64,000 bases of DNA, taken from contig JBDIVR010000006.1 of assembly GCA_039794265.1 (NCBI GenBank), positions 71,573 to 135,572 on the forward strand, written 5' to 3'. Both the position numbers and the translations under genes were made by a program. Positions 63,140 through 64,000 of this stretch are shown here, one piece after another (within the stretch, counting starts at the first letter, position 1; each line of letters begins with the position of its first letter). This stretch comes from Myxococcota bacterium. Lineage in GTDB: Bacteria; Myxococcota_A; UBA9160; PR03. A model generated the notes under the pieces. That model made no database searches and was not told the origin of the DNA. It saw only the letters and a list, made by a program, of their open reading frames with translations.

Positions 63140-63586
63140 CTACTCGACGACACCGGCCGCGCGCAATGCCGCCCGCAGGGTCTCGACGCGTTTGCGATTC
63201 GCGCCGAGATCCGAATAGCCGACGCGCGACGCCGACCGGACGTCGATACGACGCCCGTCGCCGGCGAGCGCGAGCTCGACATCGTCGACGAAGCGGAACA
63301 GCAGGCTGGTCGCCTCCGCGCGCAGATAGCCGGGGCGATCGTCGACGATGCGGGTGCGGGGCATCGCCTCGACGGCGCGCTTCGCGGCGGCCCAGGCGTC
63401 GGCGCCCGGCACGCGCAGCGCGAACGGCTCGACCCGATGACCGGCGTCGCTCGCCTGGCTCGACACGCAGTTGGGCGAGCTCGGGCACGCCGCGAGCGGC
63501 GGGTTGCGGGTCTCGCTCATCGCACCTCCTCTCGCACAGGCGAACGCGACGAGCACGAGACTCGCTGCGAACCCCGTCCGCGTCAC
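63140..63586 (-). CDS. DUF1499 family protein (probable lipoprotein or secreted)
   Basis: The GTG at 63586 overlaps the upstream stop (GTGA). The signal peptide is AASLVLVAFAC. The CPSSPNCVSSQ hallmark and the SASRVGYSDLGANRKRVE motif of DUF1499 are present. The alternative start is the ATG at 63520. Confidence 0.8.
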   Translation of the reverse strand: MTRTGFAASLVLVAFACARGGAMSETRNPPLAACPSSPNCVSSQASDAGHRVEPFALRVPGADAWAAAKRAVEAMPRTRIVDDRPGYLRAEATSLLFRFVDDVELALAGDGRRIDVRSASRVGYSDLGANRKRVETLRAALRAAGVVE

Positions 63587-63864
63587 TCGACGACGTCGAC
63601 GCCGCGCCAGAACGCGAACCAGCCCTGGATGTCCTTCGCCGCCGGCTTCGGATCCGGATAGGTCCAGCACGCATCGGCATTGCGCGCGCCGCCGACGACC
63701 ACGTGCTTGTAGCTCGCGACGCCCTTCCACGAACACGTCGTGTGCGTCGCACTGTCCTCGAAGTACTCGGCGCGCAGGCTCTCCGGTGGAAAGTAGTGAT
63801 TCCCTTCGACGATCTGCGTGCGCTCACTCTCTGCGAGTACCTGCCCGTTCCAGACGGCCTTCAC
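63583..63864 (-). CDS. DUF427 domain protein
   Basis: GTG at 63864 with GGGAGGA upstream. The 93-aa product has AVWNGQVLAESERTQIVEGNHYFPPES...TTCSWKGVASY...ADACWTYPDP, matching DUF427. Confidence 0.82.
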   Translation of the reverse strand: MKAVWNGQVLAESERTQIVEGNHYFPPESLRAEYFEDSATHTTCSWKGVASYKHVVVGGARNADACWTYPDPKPAAKDIQGWFAFWRGVDVVE

Positions 63865-63900
63865 GGGATCCTCCCCTGTCGTTGCACGTGCTGAGGGCCT

Positions 63901-63999
63901 CTAGCGCCAGCCGAGCACGTCGTGGCCGCGCTCCGCAAGGCAACGCTCGGTGTAGCGCCGCAGGACGGGATCGTCGCCGGAGCGCGAGCGGAAGACCGT
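63901..63999 (-). CDS. 3' end of an unidentified gene entering from the right edge
   Basis: The reverse frame reads ...TVFRSRSGDDPVLRRYTERCLAERGHDVLGWR, ending at the TAG at 63903..63901. Third positions are GC-rich. It is too short to assign. Confidence 0.3.
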   Translation of the reverse strand, partial: TVFRSRSGDDPVLRRYTERCLAERGHDVLGWR

Positions 64000-64000
64000 G

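Overview
Very GC-rich chromosomal segment (about 70% by eye, not computed) from a diderm bacterium. It encodes an outer-membrane beta-barrel, lipoproteins and alternative complex III. A Myxococcota- or Binatota-like uncultured lineage is my guess only. I support about 50 tightly packed protein genes on both strands. They include the start of an actA-actB (alternative complex III) operon; a thiolase with two tandem acyl-CoA dehydrogenases; an OmpR/histidine-kinase pair next to a DUF1329 protein and a very large DUF1302-like barrel; topoisomerase III; HIT; hisS; speA; a zinc-ribbon plus SPFH/GYF pair; an ADP-forming acyl-CoA synthetase; GST; two luciferase-like oxidoreductases; an alkyl-DHAP-synthase-like flavoenzyme; dapL; ettA; an AidB-like dehydrogenase with a HIBADH-type reductase; a PaaX-like regulator; a Kef-type antiporter; a signalling neighbourhood (GAF/degenerate GGDEF, AMIN-domain membrane protein, 7TM-PAS kinase, double-FHA protein); an MFS transporter; PhoD; htpX; a class-III aminotransferase; and a DUF427-DUF1499-aldo/keto reductase-CusF/Sco operon. 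I saw no rRNA, tRNA, CRISPR array, transposase, integrase or phage genes. The ORF track is dominated by Arg/Ala/Pro-rich shadow ORFs typical of high-GC DNA. Many real genes start well inside the listed ORFs, and one (actB) is missing from the track because it runs off the edge. The most unusual signal is non-coding. It is a family of about 80-bp perfectly symmetric palindromes (arm GTCAAGAAAGGGGCCGGGTTCGTTCGTCAACTTTTCC), with three full copies and one solo arm, all intergenic. One copy carries mirrored substitutions in both arms. A second, spaced inverted repeat at 35.2 kb shares the AGAAAGGGG terminal motif. All functional calls rest on motif and family recognition from memory. No searches were run.
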